64,000 nucleotides of DNA from Mobula hypostoma. Taxonomy: Eukaryota. The translations under genes were made by a program, and so were the position numbers. Every line of letters begins with the position of its first letter. The stretch's first letter is position 1. Under the pieces are notes generated by a model. That model was not told where the DNA came from, made no database searches, and worked only from the letters and a program-made list of their open reading frames with translations. The DNA lies in the NCBI RefSeq assembly GCF_963921235.1, contig NC_086108.1, positions 43,216,001 to 43,280,000 of the forward strand, given 5' to 3'. Positions 22,280 through 36,890 of this stretch are shown piece by piece.

Positions 22280-25200
22280 TTAACAGCGAGAAGAGTTTAA
22301 AAGGTGACGGTTATTTCTTCACGGGTTTGATCGGGGCACGACCGCACAAGCGCGTTGAGGTCAGCCACTGAGAACAGCGGGAAGAGTTTAAAAAGAAGAC
22401 GGCTCTATAGAGGGGGCGACGGAGTAGAGGAGAGGGAGACAGAGTAGGAAGTCTTTGGCTCGACGGGACTTAGATGATAAGGGGTCGAGGCGAAGTAGGT
22501 TATCTTTGTAGAATACAGACAGACTGTGTGTGAAGCCGGTTTTCTGTGCTCGGTGTCAGATGTGGGAGATCCTGGAGACTCCCAGCCTCCCGGACAGCCA
22601 CATCTGCACCAGGTGTGTCGAGATGCAGCTCGATGACCTTCGTCTGGTCAGGGAGACTGAGGAGGTGATACAGAGGAGCTATACGCAGGTAGTCACACTG
22701 GGGCCACAGGCGACAGAAAAGTGGGTAACAGTCAGGAAAGGGAAAGGCAAGAGGCAGATGCTAGAGAGTACCCCAGTGGCTGTCCCCCTGAACAACAAGT
22801 ACTCCTGTTTGGGTACTGTTGGGGGAGACGGCCTACCTGGGGGAGGCAACGGTGGCCGCGCCTCTGGCACAGAGGCTCAGAAGGGTAGGGAAAGGAAGAG
22901 GATGGCAACAGTGATAGGGGACTCTATAGTTAAGGGTCAGACAGGCGATTCTGTGGATGCAGGAAAGAAACTCGGATGGGAGTTTACCTCCCAGGTGCCA
23001 GGGTCCGGGATGTTTCTGATCGCGTCCACGATATCCTGAAGTGGGAAGGAGAACAACCAGAGGTGGTACATATTAGTACTAACGACATAGGTAGGAGAAG
23101 AGAGGAAGTCCTGAAAACAGACTGCAGAGAGTTAGGAAGGAAGTTGAGAAGCAGGATCTGAAAGATAGTAATCTCGGGATTACTGTCTGTGCCACGTGAT
23201 AGTGAGTATAGGAATAGAATGAGATGGAGGATTAATGCGTGACTGAGGGATTGGAGCAGGGGCAGGGATTCAGATTTCTGGATCATTGGGACCTCTTCTG
23301 GGGCAGGAATGACCTGTACAAAAAGGGCCGGTTGCACTTGAATCCCAACGGGACCAATATCCTGGCGGATGAGTTTGCAAAGGCTATTGTTGAGAGTTTA
23401 AACTAGAATTGCTGAGGGGTGGGAACCGAACTGAAGTGACGGAGGAAGGGGCGGTTGGCTCACAAATAGAGAAAGCTTGGAGTCAGTGCGAAAGGGAGGA
23501 TAGGCAGGTGATAGAGAAGGGATACACTCAGACTGATGGTTTGAGATGTGTCTATTTTAATGCAATGAGTATTATGAACAAAGCGGATGAGCTTAGAGCG
23601 TGGATTAGCACTTGGAGTATGATGTTGTGGCCATTACAGAGACTTGGATGGCGCAGGGGCAGGAATGGCTACTTCAAGTGCCAGGCTTTAGAAGTTTCAG
23701 AAAGGACAGGGAGGGAGGCAAAAGAGGTGGGGGTGTGGCCCTGTTGATCAGAGATAGTGTCACGGCTGCAGAAAAGGAGGAAGTTATGAAGGAGTTGTCT
23801 ATGGAGTCTCTGTCAGTGGAAGTTAGGAATAGAAAGGGGTCAATAACTTTTCTGGGTGTTTTTTTCTCTATATAGACCACCCAATAGTAACAGGGACATC
23901 AAGGAGCAGATAGGGAGACAGATTCTGGAAAGGAGTACTAATAACAAGGTTGTTGTGGTGGGAGATTTTAATTTCCCAAATATTGATAGGCATTTCCCTA
24001 GAGTGAGGGGTTTAGATGGGGTGGAGTTCGTTAGGTGTGTTCAAGAAGGTTCCCTGACACAATATGTAGGTGAGCCTACAAGAGGAGAGGCTGCACTTGG
24101 TCTGGTACAGTATTGGGAAATGAACCTGGTCAGGTGTCAGGTCTCCCAGTGGGAGAGCATTTTGGAGATAGTGATCACAATTCTATCTCCTTTACCATAG
24201 CTTTGGAGAGGGATACGAACAGACAAGTTAGGGAAATGTTTAATTGGTGTAAGGGGAAATATGCAGTTATCAGGCAGGAACTTGGAAGCATAAATTGGAA
24301 ACGTTCTCAGGGAAACGTACAGAAGAAATGTGGCAAATGTTCGGGAGATATTTGCATGGGGTTCTGCGTACTTATATTCCAATGAGACAGGGAAAGTATG
24401 GTAGAGTACAGGAACTGTGGTCTGCAAAGGCTGTTTTAAATCTAGTCAATAAGAAAAGAAAATCTTATGAAAGGTTAAAAAAACTAGGTAATAATAGAGA
24501 CCTAGAAGATTATAAAGCTAGCAGGAAGGAGCTTAAAAATGAAATTAGGAGAGCCAGAATGGGCCATGAGAAGGCCAAGAGGATAAGATGTGAGAGAATA
24601 GGACCAATCAAGTGTGACAGTGGAAAAGTGTGCATGGAACCCGAAGAAATAGTGGAGGTACTTAATGAATACTTTGCTTTAGTCTTCACTACAGAAAAGG
24701 ATCTTGGCGATTGTACAGATGACTTACAGTGGAGTGAAAAGCTTGCGCATGTAGATATTAAGGAAGAGGATGTGCTGGAGCTTTTGAAAAGCATCAAATT
24801 GGATAAGTCACCAGGACTGGACAGGATGTACCCCAGGCTACTGTGGGAAGTGAGGGAGGAGATTGCTGAGCCTCTGGCAACAATCTTTGCATCATCAATG
24901 AGGATGGGAGAGGTTCTGGAGTATTGGAGGGTTGCGGATGTGGTTCCTTTATTCAAGAAAGGGAGTAGAGATAGCCCAGGAAATTATAGACCAATGAGTC
25001 TTACTGCAGTGGTTGGTAAGTTGATGGAGAAGATCCTGAGAGGCAGGATTCATGAACATTTGGAGAGGCATAATATTAATAGGAATAGTCAGCATGGCTT
25101 TGTCAAAGGCAGGTCGTGCCTTATGAGCCTGATCGAATTTTTTAAGGATGTGACTAAGCATATTGATGAAGGTAGAGCCGTAAATGTAGTACATATGGAT

Positions 25201-26378
25201 TTCAGTAAGGCATTTGATAAGGTACCCCATGCAAGGCTTATTGAGAAAGTAAGCAGGTATGGGGTCCCAGGGGACATTGCTTTGTGGATCCAGAACTGGC
25301 TTGCCCACAGAAGGCAAATAGTGGTTGTAGACAGGTCATATTCTGCCTGGAGGTCAGTGACCAATGGTGTGCCTCAGGGATCTGTTCTGGGAACCCTAAT
25401 CTTCGTGATTTTTATAAATGACCTGGATGAGGAAGTGCAGGGATGGGTTAGTAAATTTGCTCATGATACAAAAGGTGGGGGGGGGGGGTGTTGTGGAAAG
25501 TGTGGAGGGCTGTCAGAGGTTACAGCGGGACATTGATAGGATGCAAAACTGGGCCGAGAAGTAGCAGATGAAGTTCAACCCAGATAAGTGTGAGGTGGTT
25601 CAGTTTGGTAGGTCAAATATGATGGCAGAATACAGCATTAATGGCAATACTCTTGGCAGTGTGGAGGATCAGAGGGATCTTAGGGTCCTAGTCCATAGGA
25701 CACTTAAAGCTGCTGCACAGGTTGCCTCTGTGGTTAAGAAGGCATACAGTGCATTGGCCTTCATCAATCGTGGGATTGAGTTTAAGAGCCGAGAGGTAAT
25801 GTTGCAGCTGTATAGGATCCTGGTCAGACACCACTTGGAGTACTGTGCTCAATTCTGGTCGCCTCACTACAGGAAGAATTTAGAAACCATAAAAAGGGTG
25901 CAGAGGAGATTTACAAGGATGTTGCCTGGATTGGGGAGCATGCCTTATGAGAACAGGTTGAATGAACTCAGCCTTTTCTCCTTGGAGCAACGGAGGATCA
26001 GAGGTGACCTGATAGAGGTGTACAAGATGATGAGAGGCACTGATCATGTGGATAGTCAGAGGCTTTTTCCCAGGGCTGAAATGGCTCGCACGAGAGGACA
26101 CAGTTTTAAGGTTCTTGGAAGTAGGTACAGAGATGTCAGGGGTAAGTTGTTGTTGTTTTTTTTTACTACACAGAGAGTGGTGAGAACATGGAATGGGCTG
26201 CCAGTGGCAGTGGTGGAGGCGGAAGCAATAGGGTCTTTTAAGAGACTCCTGGATAGGTACACGGAGCTTAGAAAAAGAGGAGTAAGGGTAACCCTAGGTA
26301 ATTTCTAAGGTAAGGACATGTTTGGCACAACTTTGTGGGCCAAAGGGCCTGTATTGTGCTGTAGGTTTATGTTTCTAA
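22280..26378 (+). mobile_element. Near full-length CR1 LINE with frameshifts and stops
   Basis: ORF1 zinc finger (CARCQMW...HICTRC) and SGNH esterase (VIGDSIV, VVHISTNDI). ORF2 APE (YDVVAITETW, VVVGDFN, SDHN) and RT. Tail atgtttcta. Confidence 0.95.
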
Positions 26379-26549
26379 TATTACCACATATACCGACTGT
26401 GAGCTTCACGGGAGTAAGGGATTTCATGCATATGACAATAAATGAATCCAAAAACCTGTTTAACGCTTCTCATACCAGTGTAGAGTTAGATGCAAAGTCT
26501 GTTAAGGTTCTATTCTATGAATAGTGTAGTTATAAGTGTAAATGTATAG

Positions 26550-26755
26550 AGAGGCCCTCCTTTTGTTGGAGTTGACGTCCTAGCAGTCTACGTATAGTCA
26601 AAACGCAAGCCAGTATGATAACAAGAGCAAGCTGTTGCCCATGCAGCAGGCTCCCCCTCTCCACACAGTTGGTGAATCTAAAGGAACAGCAGAGACCGAT
26701 ACAGATTAGCACTAGCAGCATCGCAGGAGTTGCCAGTCACGTTGAACTCAACTTA
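26550..26755 (-). mobile_element. Probable RTE-type 5' fragment
   Basis: Minus-strand ggcaactcctgcgatgctgct...gtggagagggggagcctgctgcatgggcaacagc resembles RTE 5' regions as I recall them. Confidence 0.35.
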
Positions 26756-27019
26756 AGCCTGGTGGGTTTAAACTCCTCCACTTAGTTCTCAGCTGCTGCT
26801 GGGTTGCAGAAGTTCCTCAGCTATTGAAGTCGATGGAGAGTCTAATTGCCTGTACTGACTCCTGCACCACTGATCAGCCTTGGACAGGTTGTATGGTTTG
26901 CATGTCCAACCCCAACAGCCACACCAGGCACTGTTCTGAATCATGACACAAAAAGACTTCCAAGAGGACTGAGAAGATGCAACATCACCACAGTCCTGGA
27001 AACACGATCACTGACAGTG

Positions 27020-28230
27020 CAAGACCATACAGTTCATGCACCAGAAACACAAACATGCAGGTTTAGGAAAATGATTCTGGGATGAAAGGCTTATCACATG
27101 AGGAGCGTTTGGCTGCTCTAGGCCTGTAGTAGCTGGAATATAGAAGAATTGGCGGTGGGGGATCTCATTGAAACTTATCAAATGTTGAAAGGCCTAGGTA
27201 GAGGGGATGAGGAGTGGTTGTTTCCTATAGTGAGTGGGTCTAGGATCAGAAGGCCCAAACTCAGAATAGAGGGACGTCCATTTAGAACAGAAATCTTTAG
27301 CCCAAGGGTGGTAAATCTGTGGAATTCATTGCCACTGGTGGCTGTGGAGACCAGGCAGAGGTTAAGAGATTCTTGATAAGTCAGGGCATGAAAGATTATG
27401 AGAAGGCAGAATGGGATTGAGAGAAAAATGGATTGACCATGATCCAAGTCATTTATAAAAATCATAAAGATCAGGGGTCCCAGAACAGGTCCCTGTAGAT
27501 CACAGGTCACCAACCCTTAGGCAGTATATGCTCCATCTAGTACACCCCTCTGTCTTTTATGGTCCAGCCAATTCTAAATCCATGCAGCGAAATTTCCCTG
27601 GATCCCATGCTTCCTGACTTTCTGAATGAGTCTACCCTGAGGAACCTTATCAAACACCTTACTAAAATCCATATACCTCGCACTTACTGCTCTAGCTTCA
27701 ACTTGTTTTGTCACTTCCTCAAATAACTCAATTAAGCTTGTGAGGCATGACTTGCCCCTCACAAAGGCATGTTGACTCTCTTTAAGCCGACTATGTGTTT
27801 CCAAATGCTCATAAATTCTGAACATAAAAATCCTCTTCAAGTTTACCCACCATTTAATAAGACTCACTGATCTATAATTCTCAAGATTATGTCTATTAAC
27901 TTTCTTGAACAAGCAATAACATTTGTCAATCTCCTATCTTCTGGTACTGCTCCTGTGTTCAGGTTGTAGCAAAGATTATTGTCAAAGGCACAGTGATCTA
28001 TTCCCTCACTTCCCATAGTAACCTGGATTATAGACGGTCTGGCTCTGGGGATTTATGTTTCTTAATGTTTTTCAAAAGTTCCAGCACATCATGTTTCTTA
28101 ATGTCAACAGGTTCCTGCGTAACAGCATGTTTTATGCTGTCCCCATTTGTCAAGGTCCCTCTCACTGGCGAACACTGAAGCAAAATATTAAGGAACTCCC
28201 TTGCCTCTTCCAACTCTAGGCACACAAAAA
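27020..28230. mobile_element. Two CR1 fragments in opposite orientation (+ 27020-27440, - 27440-28230)
   Basis: GDLIETYQMLKGL...RVVNLWNSLP on +; KSPEPD, ESQHAFVRGKSCLT and MDFSKVFD on -. Confidence 0.85.
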
Positions 28231-31200
28231 AAAACACATAAAATCGCCACATTTTAGTAAATTGTAATTAGCTCATCAGGCAATTTAAAAATGGCTCGTG
28301 TCATTGGCTGGATCAAAGGTGGTTACGAATCAACATATAGATCCCGCTAAGTGGTGCATAACAACCTCACACTCAGTATCAGCAAGACCAAGGAGCTGAT
28401 TATTGACTTCAGGAGATAGAAACCAGAGGTCCATGAGCCAGTCCTCATCAGAGGATCAGAGGTGGAGAGGGTCAGCAATTTTAAATTCCTTGGTGTTATC
28501 ATTTCAAAGGACCTGTCCTGGGCTCAGCACTTAAGTGCAATTACGCATGGTAGCCAATAGTAAAAAGAGATCAAAAGTTGTATTTAGCTGATCTTGAAGA
28601 TCACAAGTACTGGCATATATAAGCACTTCTAAATTTGGATTGCAGTAGGTGGCAACAAAGCCATGACTGGGAAAATCAATGCCATTATTAAAGTTATTTG
28701 TATCAGGGTTAGGGTTTTTCTATTTGAACATTGGCCATTCACATATATTGTCTGAAAAATGAGTAAAACACCTTAGGATAATGGAGAATAAAATAAAATG
28801 AAATCTCCACACAACATCGGTATAAATATTTATACAGTTCATTGCAACTAAGCAGATGTTATCTGCATAGCAAACACCGTAACACAAATAAGAATACATT
28901 CAGTTGTCATTTGGTATACTTAGAAAATGGATAAATTGACAATACGATGTAATGCCTTGTTGGACATGCATTGCCGAAATAGTGACTTGTGTATTAATAC
29001 TTACTGTTAAAATTTCACTATAACATTAATAATAATTATTTGTATTAGACACTTCAATCAGCAATGGAAACACTGATTTCTAGAACAATTTCTCAGACTG
29101 CCACAAAAATGTGGTTTGCCTGTTTTCTTCTTGTTGCATTCTAGATTAGAAAGTTAATAAAGGTCAGCAAAGGAAACCAGGTTTACCATCACATGTCCAA
29201 AATGTAAACACTATTAGAGAACAGCTAGAACCATGTTAATAATTTTGTAATTAGTCTTAATCAACATATTTTGATTTACACTATTTTCATTTACCTTTTT
29301 GATTTATTACCTGGGCTCAAGGGATTTCTCCATGAAATATTGGTTCTTCGAAGAGACATGATGTTAACAAAATTTACGTCCTCAGCAATATATTATTCAG
29401 TCCAAAACCTCAAGTCTACATTATTTTCTACACGTAGTCAGGTTTTACAAAAAAATAATTTAGGGGCACGAACCAGCCACTTGCCCTCTTAAGCCTGCTG
29501 CACCATTCAATAAAATAATGGCTGATTTGGTTGTAACCTCAACTCTGCATTTCCCCTAACCCTGACGGCCAATGTTCCCTCTAATTACTCTTGGAGCTGT
29601 CCAGATCAACCAGCGCTCTGAGCATTAACTTTTTACACAACTTGGCACTTTAAAGGTTTTTTTTTGTTATGTGCACATCAAACAAACACCATAACTCAGA
29701 ACACAAGAAAACTATGTCAAGCAGTCAAAACAGGAAGACGGGTACAATAGCAAAAGTAAAATGTTTTGACTGGATGGTGCAGTGTTTAATGGGCTGGCAT
29801 TGTTTATTAATAATGAGCTACTGATTTCCATTCAGTGTTTATTGTTACAATGTGTTACAGTGTTGTAACTTGAAACATTGACAATGTAAATACATTGACG
29901 GTCTAAAATGTTTCAAAGGTAGTGTTACATTTATTATTTAGAAAATTTATGGATATATTTATTAACAATAAGGTATTTTACAATTATATTAACATAGATT
30001 TCAAAATTACCTTCAAAATTCCAGCTGCACAGCAACAAAGGTTATATGCACAGGAGCATTTCAGATACTGCACGGCCGAGCACCCACACTGCTTAGAGGG
30101 AACAGTGCTGATGATCTCACAGTCACAAGCTTACAAATATTCAGTCTCTGCTTCTATTGCCCCTTGTCAAATGGTTTCAAAAAGATACGAAACTCAGGGG
30201 AAAAAACCTTGCCCCTTCAATGGGTAGTCCCATCATTTTTAAACATGAATACCAATTCCAAGTTGTCCAAAATGGGAAATCTATTTTCTGCATCTACCCT
30301 GTCAAAACCCCTCTTGACCTCGCATAAACAGTTGTCATGGAGTTATGCAATGGAAGCTTTTCCTGTGTCGGAAATAGGCCGTTATCTGAAGTATGAATCA
30401 ATTTTAAAAGCACTCACCTTGTTAATCATTGTGGTAAATGAGAAATTCATACTATTGAACATAAACTGGGGTTTCATTGGGAAGGAAAATCAGTAATATT
30501 CTGATGCAAATCTATGCAAAGAACTCATCTAAAAATTAGGACACATGACCACGATATATCTACTAATCACAAGTTGCATGGAAATCTGAGATTCAGTATA
30601 ACACTTCCAAATCAGAACATTCAAACACACTCACAAAAGTGTTAACATTTCCAATGACAAATTTTAAGTTATCATTCGATGATCAAGGCAAAAACATCCA
30701 CTGCGATCAAGCCAATTTTTAAAGAGCAGAGTGACCCTCTAGCCAATGGCCTTGATCACAGCATACAAGGAAACCATATAAAGATGCAGCCATACTGAGC
30801 AATCTTCAAAATGTAAACCTGCCAGCATTCAGGTGACAGTAACTTCACTATCTGTGATCTTTTATTGGAACCTCAGAAAGTATAAGCCATTCAGTTAGAT
30901 TTTGACATTTGCATTTAAGTCCTGCCTGCATAATTATCAGTAGATATTCTGACCAAATATCTTCAAAGCTTCAATTAACAACCAGAGCTTGTTGCAGAAG
31001 TCCCAAATTTCGATGGCCATGCTGGAAAGCTCTTTGTAATTTCACTCATGAATGCTCTACTTTAATCATAAGATTACATGACAATGTTAGCATAGGCAGC
31101 TAATCCATGGAAAACTAAATGCTGCCCTTTATTACATGGCCATTGGAGTAGAAAAGTGTGGAGATCTTATTACACCTCCACAAGGCTTTGATAAAAATCA

Positions 31201-31889
31201 TCATCACATGTGGTGTACACCATAAAGTTTTGGTCCCCTTACTTAAGAAAAAATATACTTGGATTGGAGGCAATTCAGGCAAGATTGGCTAGGTTGACTC
31301 TTGAGATGAAGGGTCTATCCAGAGGAAAATTTGAGTCTATACTCAATGGAGTTTTGATAAACAGTCATATTGAAACATATGATTCCGATTTGGGGACTCT
31401 GCAGCTTATGTTCTCAATTATTTGCTTACATTTTAAAAATTATTTACCTGATGTGTCCTTTTTTGCACATTGGATGTTTGTGTCAATCTTTGTTATGTGC
31501 AGTTATTCATGTTTTATTTGGGGTTTTTTTGTGTCGATTCTATTGCATTTCTTTGCTTTCCTGTGGGTCCCTGCAAGAAAATGAATCTCAAGGTTTTGTA
31601 TGGTTAACACACTTTGATTATAAATTTACTTTGAACTTGATGTGATAGAGGCTGAGAGGATGTACCCACACGGAGAGATCCAGAATTTGAAGAGTGGACA
31701 GAGCACAGGCTGAATACCACAATGAAGGAGCTCCCATTTAGGATGGCGATTTTTTTCTGTGCGTGTTGTGAATTTTTAGCGATTCTCCAGACCAGGGAAC
31801 CATGGAGGTTGGCATGTAATGTATTCAACGTTTAAATTACAATGCAAGGGATACCAGGGAAAAGTCACAAAAGTGAAACTGAGTCCAAG

Positions 31890-32705
31890 ATTATCCATGT
31901 GTCCATGTAACTCCCTTGTCCACTCGCCCCTCCCCACTTACCTCCATCCTGGCATTTATCCCCATAGGCAGCACAAGTGCTAAACCTTTCCTTTCACCTC
32001 CTCCCTCACCATCATTCAGTACCCAAATAATTACTCCTGGGGAGACAACACTTCACCTGCGAGTTTGGCAGGAACATCTACTGTATCCAGTGAGACTGGA
32101 CGTAAATTGGGGTCTGTTTTGTTGAGCATCTTCGCTCCATTTGCAACAAAGGTGGGATAACCCAGTGGCCACCCATTTTAATTCTACTTCCATTTCACCA
32201 TGTCAGTTTATGGCCCTCTATTTCCATGCTGAGGCCACACTCAGGTTGCAGGAGCAACACCTCATAATCCATCTGGGTAGCTTTCAAACCGATACAATGA
32301 ACATCGTTTTTTCTAACTTCTGGTAATTTCTCCCCCCACCCCCACCCCATCCCATCTCTCTTTTTGCATATCCCATTCTGGCTCTCCTGTTACTCTTTTC
32401 TCCTCCTTACCTGCCCACTACCTCCCTCTGGTATCCCTCCTTTCCTTTCTCCCATGGTCCACTCTCCTCTCCTATCAGATTCTTTCTTCTTCAGCCCTTT
32501 CCCTTTTCCTATTCCTACCATCACCTCCCAGCCTCTGACCCTCCCCACCTTCCCCCTCACCTGGTTTCACTTATCACCTGCTAACTCCTACCCCTCCACC
32601 CACCACCTTATTCCGGACTCCCCTCCCCCACCCCTTCCTTTCCAGTCTTGATGGCTTGATAAAGGGTTTTGGCCCAAAATGTTGACTGTTTATTCTTCTC
32701 CCTAG
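31890..32705 (+). mobile_element. Decayed Penelope-like 3' fragment
   Basis: PVATHFNSTS...EATLRLQEQHLI.HLGS...NI.FSNF matches the GIY-YIG C-terminus at 56670-56848. It is followed by a pyrimidine-rich UTR and a degenerate hammerhead region. Confidence 0.85.
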
Positions 32706-34239
32706 ATTGGAGGGGGGTGGGGTGGGGAGGGAGTGGGAGTGGGGGGGGGGGTGGTGGTATGTGTTCACAATCTTACAGCCTCACAATCAGGCTATATATC
32801 CTACACCTGTTCATAATATTTTCATTTGGTGCATTGTTCTTAAATCTCCATTAGAATACAGTTTAACAATATTAACCATACCCAATTCTTTTAACATTAC
32901 ATTCCAATCACCTTTCCCTCATTCTTTAATATTCAAGTGAATAATGTTATCTGTTATTAACAACTGAAGGATGATTCTACCCTTTGTTCACCAAATCCTT
33001 GAGGCAAAGGCAAATATTTTATAAGTTCCAATGAAAAAAATATTGAGCTGAAATCCCGTTCATCTCACTACTAATGCGATCTGAGCTGTAGAGTATTCCC
33101 ACCACTTCGCTTTTATTTTAGAAGTCCAACATCTACAGTATTTTGCTTTAGATTCTATTACCATTTTGATTGGACACTAAAGAAATACAAGTATTGAACA
33201 GGATTATAAATATATGGTAAAAATGATATTAATAAGGGGAAAAAGGGTTCAAAATGCTGAATAGTCTGTTTCTGACTCTACTCCTAATGTGGCTTTATTG
33301 ACCTGTAATGCACTGTCTTAAGGATGGTGGACACAGAATAACTTTCAAGAAGGAATTAGATAAATACCTGAACATAAGAATATTGCAGTATTTTGATATT
33401 AACTATAGTCCTTTCAAAGAGCTCGCACAGATGTAACTAACTGAACAGTTTTCTCCTGTGCTGTCATTTCACCATGCTAACAGATCAGACCGAGGACACT
33501 GCAACAATCATATGGAGCCCATCCGCAGGGTTTTCTAGCTGTTTGATTCAGGGGCTCAACATAACGATGGGGTTTCAGGCATGCAAAGCAGCCAAATGAT
33601 GATTTAAAATGTTTCTCATTCTTTCCCTGCTCTCCTTCAAAGTATGGATGTTATTATCAAATAAAACCAGGAAAGAAGGCAGCCAAAGAGGAAATGGGGT
33701 CTAACTGGCAAAAAGATTCAGTTAATTGCAGAAAATTCAGAATTTGGATAATGTAAATATCTACATCATTTTATCTGTAAGATGGCAATGATAATTTTAT
33801 ATTTATGAACATTGCATCAAATTACTTAGTTACAGAATTCATAACCCAGTGGCTAAACATGAACCATGGCACATAAAAAACATACACATCTATTATTCAG
33901 CCGAAATTATGTACAATTAAATGATAATAAGTTGTCTTCAATACTGCAAACAGGACACAGATCAAAACAAATTACTGACAAGTTTTTAAGCCAACATGCA
34001 AACACGCTGTGCATGAGCTGCTACTCATTTGAACCAGTGAAATGTAGAAGGTTGGCTCCACCAGAAACCAAGCCCCAATGGAAAGAAATCCAAATTTATA
34101 ACAATGATCTCCCTTTCAAAAGGCAATCATTACCAGTAAAAATTATGAATACTTGTTCTTCTAGTCTTGTGCAAAACAAAATACTACAAATGAAAATGAC
34201 AAAAGAAAAGTACCTTCAAATGGTATTTCACAGTAAATA

Positions 34240-34245
34240 TTTATT
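34240..34245 (-). promoter_or_regulatory. Candidate DBT polyadenylation signal AATAAA
   Basis: AATAAA on the minus strand about 755 nt past the DBT stop, in AT-rich non-repeat sequence. Usage is unverified. Confidence 0.4.
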
Positions 34246-34999
34246 GCAACTAACCCTATAGAGAACACTTAAATAGATATTATGCACATGATCTTTGGAC
34301 CTTTTTAAAATTCAACTTGGAATATATATTTAGTGTTTTTCATGTCACAAGAACCTGGAAACAATCTGGTTAATAACACTATATTAACCCTTGGAGTACC
34401 ATATAAATGTTTCCTCCTAAAATTTAAAACTACAGAGTTATTAACTTATACAGTAATGTAGATGATTAAGAAAATGGTTCTGTACATTTCTAATAGTTCA
34501 TAATCTGTTGTAAAACTGTGCAGTGGATAACTTCTGCATCCATTATGTAACAGGAGACAGAGCATATTCTGAAAGCTTACAGAAGTTTTCAGTGCTCAAG
34601 AATCAATCACTAGACAAGAAATTGTTTCTACTGAATCATGGTCTTTGTTTATGCACTTAAAACATTGTCAAAGTTCCACAATGACTTACTCATTTTTTTT
34701 TCTGTTGGGGTTCAAGTCTTTGGAGGGGAAGAGGTATGTAGAGAACTTCAAAGAGGCTGCAACTGTAACCAGTATTCATGATAAATCTTACCTTCCGCAA
34801 ATTGTATTCCTTCCGCCATTTAGTATTAATGAAATAACTCTAACCTACCATCTACAGAACACCATGTGGTTTAGATATATCACTGTTTGGAATACAAAAC
34901 ATTAGAGAAGATTGCAACAGCACTTAATTACATGTAAATTACACCCAATGCCCTTTCCTTAAAGCCGTGTCGTAAGTGCTGTGCATCAATCACCTCCAG

Positions 35000-35167
35000 T
35001 TACTTTAGGTCTAGCAGCATCGACGCAGGGTTCTCCAAGTAAGATTTCCAAAGATTTGAAAAACGAGCCATTGTGGCTCCATCAATAATCCGGTGATCAG
35101 CTGACCAGCTAACATTCATAATCTGAGCCTGGATTATTTCACCTTTGTCATTAAATCTGGGGAGAAC
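35000..35167 (-). CDS. DBT: DBT last coding exon 11 (catalytic His motif and stop)
   Basis: tttag acceptor; VLPRFND...[37 protein letters not shown]. The TAA is at 35002-35000, and DHRxxDG is the acyltransferase catalytic motif. Confidence 0.97.
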   Translation of the reverse strand, partial: VLPRFNDKGEIIQAQIMNVSWSADHRIIDGATMARFSNLWKSYLENPASMLLDLK

Positions 35168-36099
35168 CTAAAGAGCAACACAAAGTCAGAAATTTGGATA
35201 AGATGGCAGAAAAAGTAAATAAGATTTCTTACCTGTAAACTGCCTGTGAGGCACAGCATCATACAGCAATGCAAAAGACCCTTTGGCTCGCCATGCCCTA
35301 TATCATTTCTGCTTCACTCTCCTGAGTCAGCATTGCCTTTAAAATTTTACAATCACCTTGCATTCCTTGGACATCCACCCTTCACTCCATCCATCCCCTG
35401 CATGTCGCTCACCCTTTATGTTCTGTTAGGCTGCCTCCTCCCAGGTCTGCCTGAACTCCAGTCTGCCAGGTCCGCACACAGTCTGCCAGATCCACTCAGG
35501 ATCATCTTTCTGCCTCTGAGTTTCTCCCTGATACTTACTATCTCTGTGCCCTACTTAGTCCAACTCATGTTTTGCTCTGCTTTCTTACATCTCTTTAAGC
35601 TTCACCCTACCTGGTTCATGGGCCTGTCACCCTGCACATCTTCATACTGCATGGTCCACTTCCAATCACTCAGTAGCCAAATACTGTTGTGTATTCCTTG
35701 GTTATTTGCCCCTTTGCTATGCCCATGGTTCACCCTACACAGGCCACCAGGTCATCAACCTTTCAGGTCCACTTGAACTTCACTCTGCCAGGTTTGCTCA
35801 GTGTGCCAGATTCACTTGCAGTCACCTTACACTTCTTCACATTTTGTGACCTATTTTCAACCACTCTGCCATGTGGCCTATTTTCAATCACTCAACAGTA
35901 CATTGATTGGTTAGCTTCCCCTTCCTTCTGTCCATTCCTGCTCCTAGTTTACCCAACAAGGTAATTTAGCCTTTCAGGTCTGTTTGAACTCCAATCTACT
36001 GTCCACTTGTTCCATTCTACAGTCTCTCCTTCAGGTCCTCTTGGGCCCCATCCAAGATCCGCTTGAACCTGAAACAATGATAACTGTTTTTATACGCAC

Positions 36100-36171
36100 C
36101 TGTATCTTTCCAATTGCTCCAATAGCTACTTCTGGAGGTAGTATAACAGGTTTAGCATAGGTGCCACCAAT
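36100..36171 (-). CDS. DBT: DBT coding exon 10
   Basis: 72-bp exon, tgtag/GTGCGT. It encodes [24 protein letters not shown]. Confidence 0.97.
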
Positions 36172-36890
36172 CTACAAACAGACAAATGCTATACATTAAT
36201 GATTTCTGGTGCATTCAGCGCCTTACTTTAACAGCTAAATAAAATAAATTTCAATTGTCAGTTCTACTGCACGATATTAACTGTTTTCCCAACTAGCAAA
36301 AAGCAAATGTTGGATACACACAAGCTTCCAATTGTGTAATCATTATGAGCAAGGTGAAGCACGAGGCATGTGGCTACAGTACCTTCTGTGTGGGTTGTGT
36401 ATAGAAGCCAATGCTGTAGTGTACACTCATTTGCTCAAGACATCCGTGTTCTTGATTTAGTTAGCTTGTGACACTGTAATTACATTTTTAGCTTTTCAGC
36501 AACTCAGCCATTGTACAAAGTCATAATGTGATACAATACATGTAATATGCAATTTTGCCTTTGCACTGTACTGCTGCCACAAAACAAATTTCACATTTAA
36601 GACAACAATGATAATCCCGATTCTGATTATGACTCTAATCAAGCTGATGAAATCCTGTACATTATATTAACTCAATCATTAAAACCTTTGTTTTCACCTT
36701 TTCCCAATTTCACCTGAACATTAATTCTGTTTCACTTTCTTTAAATGTCACCTAACTTGTTCTTTCCAGCATTTTCTGTTTTTATTTTAGATTTCCATCA
36801 ATTTTTGATTTCTTTTACACCAAAACTCAAGCTGTCTGAGAGATGAAAAGTAAACATACAAGAGCCCAGACTGTCTCACAACATAAGTCA

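Noticed and set aside
28815..28870. Short similarity to 34233-34290 (taaatatttat...tgcaactaa)
   Set aside because: Short and AT-rich, so compatible with chance.
33866..35776. Plus-strand ORFs of 131 aa and 176 aa near the DBT 3' end
   Set aside because: No recognisable domains or splice support; they lie antisense to the DBT 3' region and intron 10.
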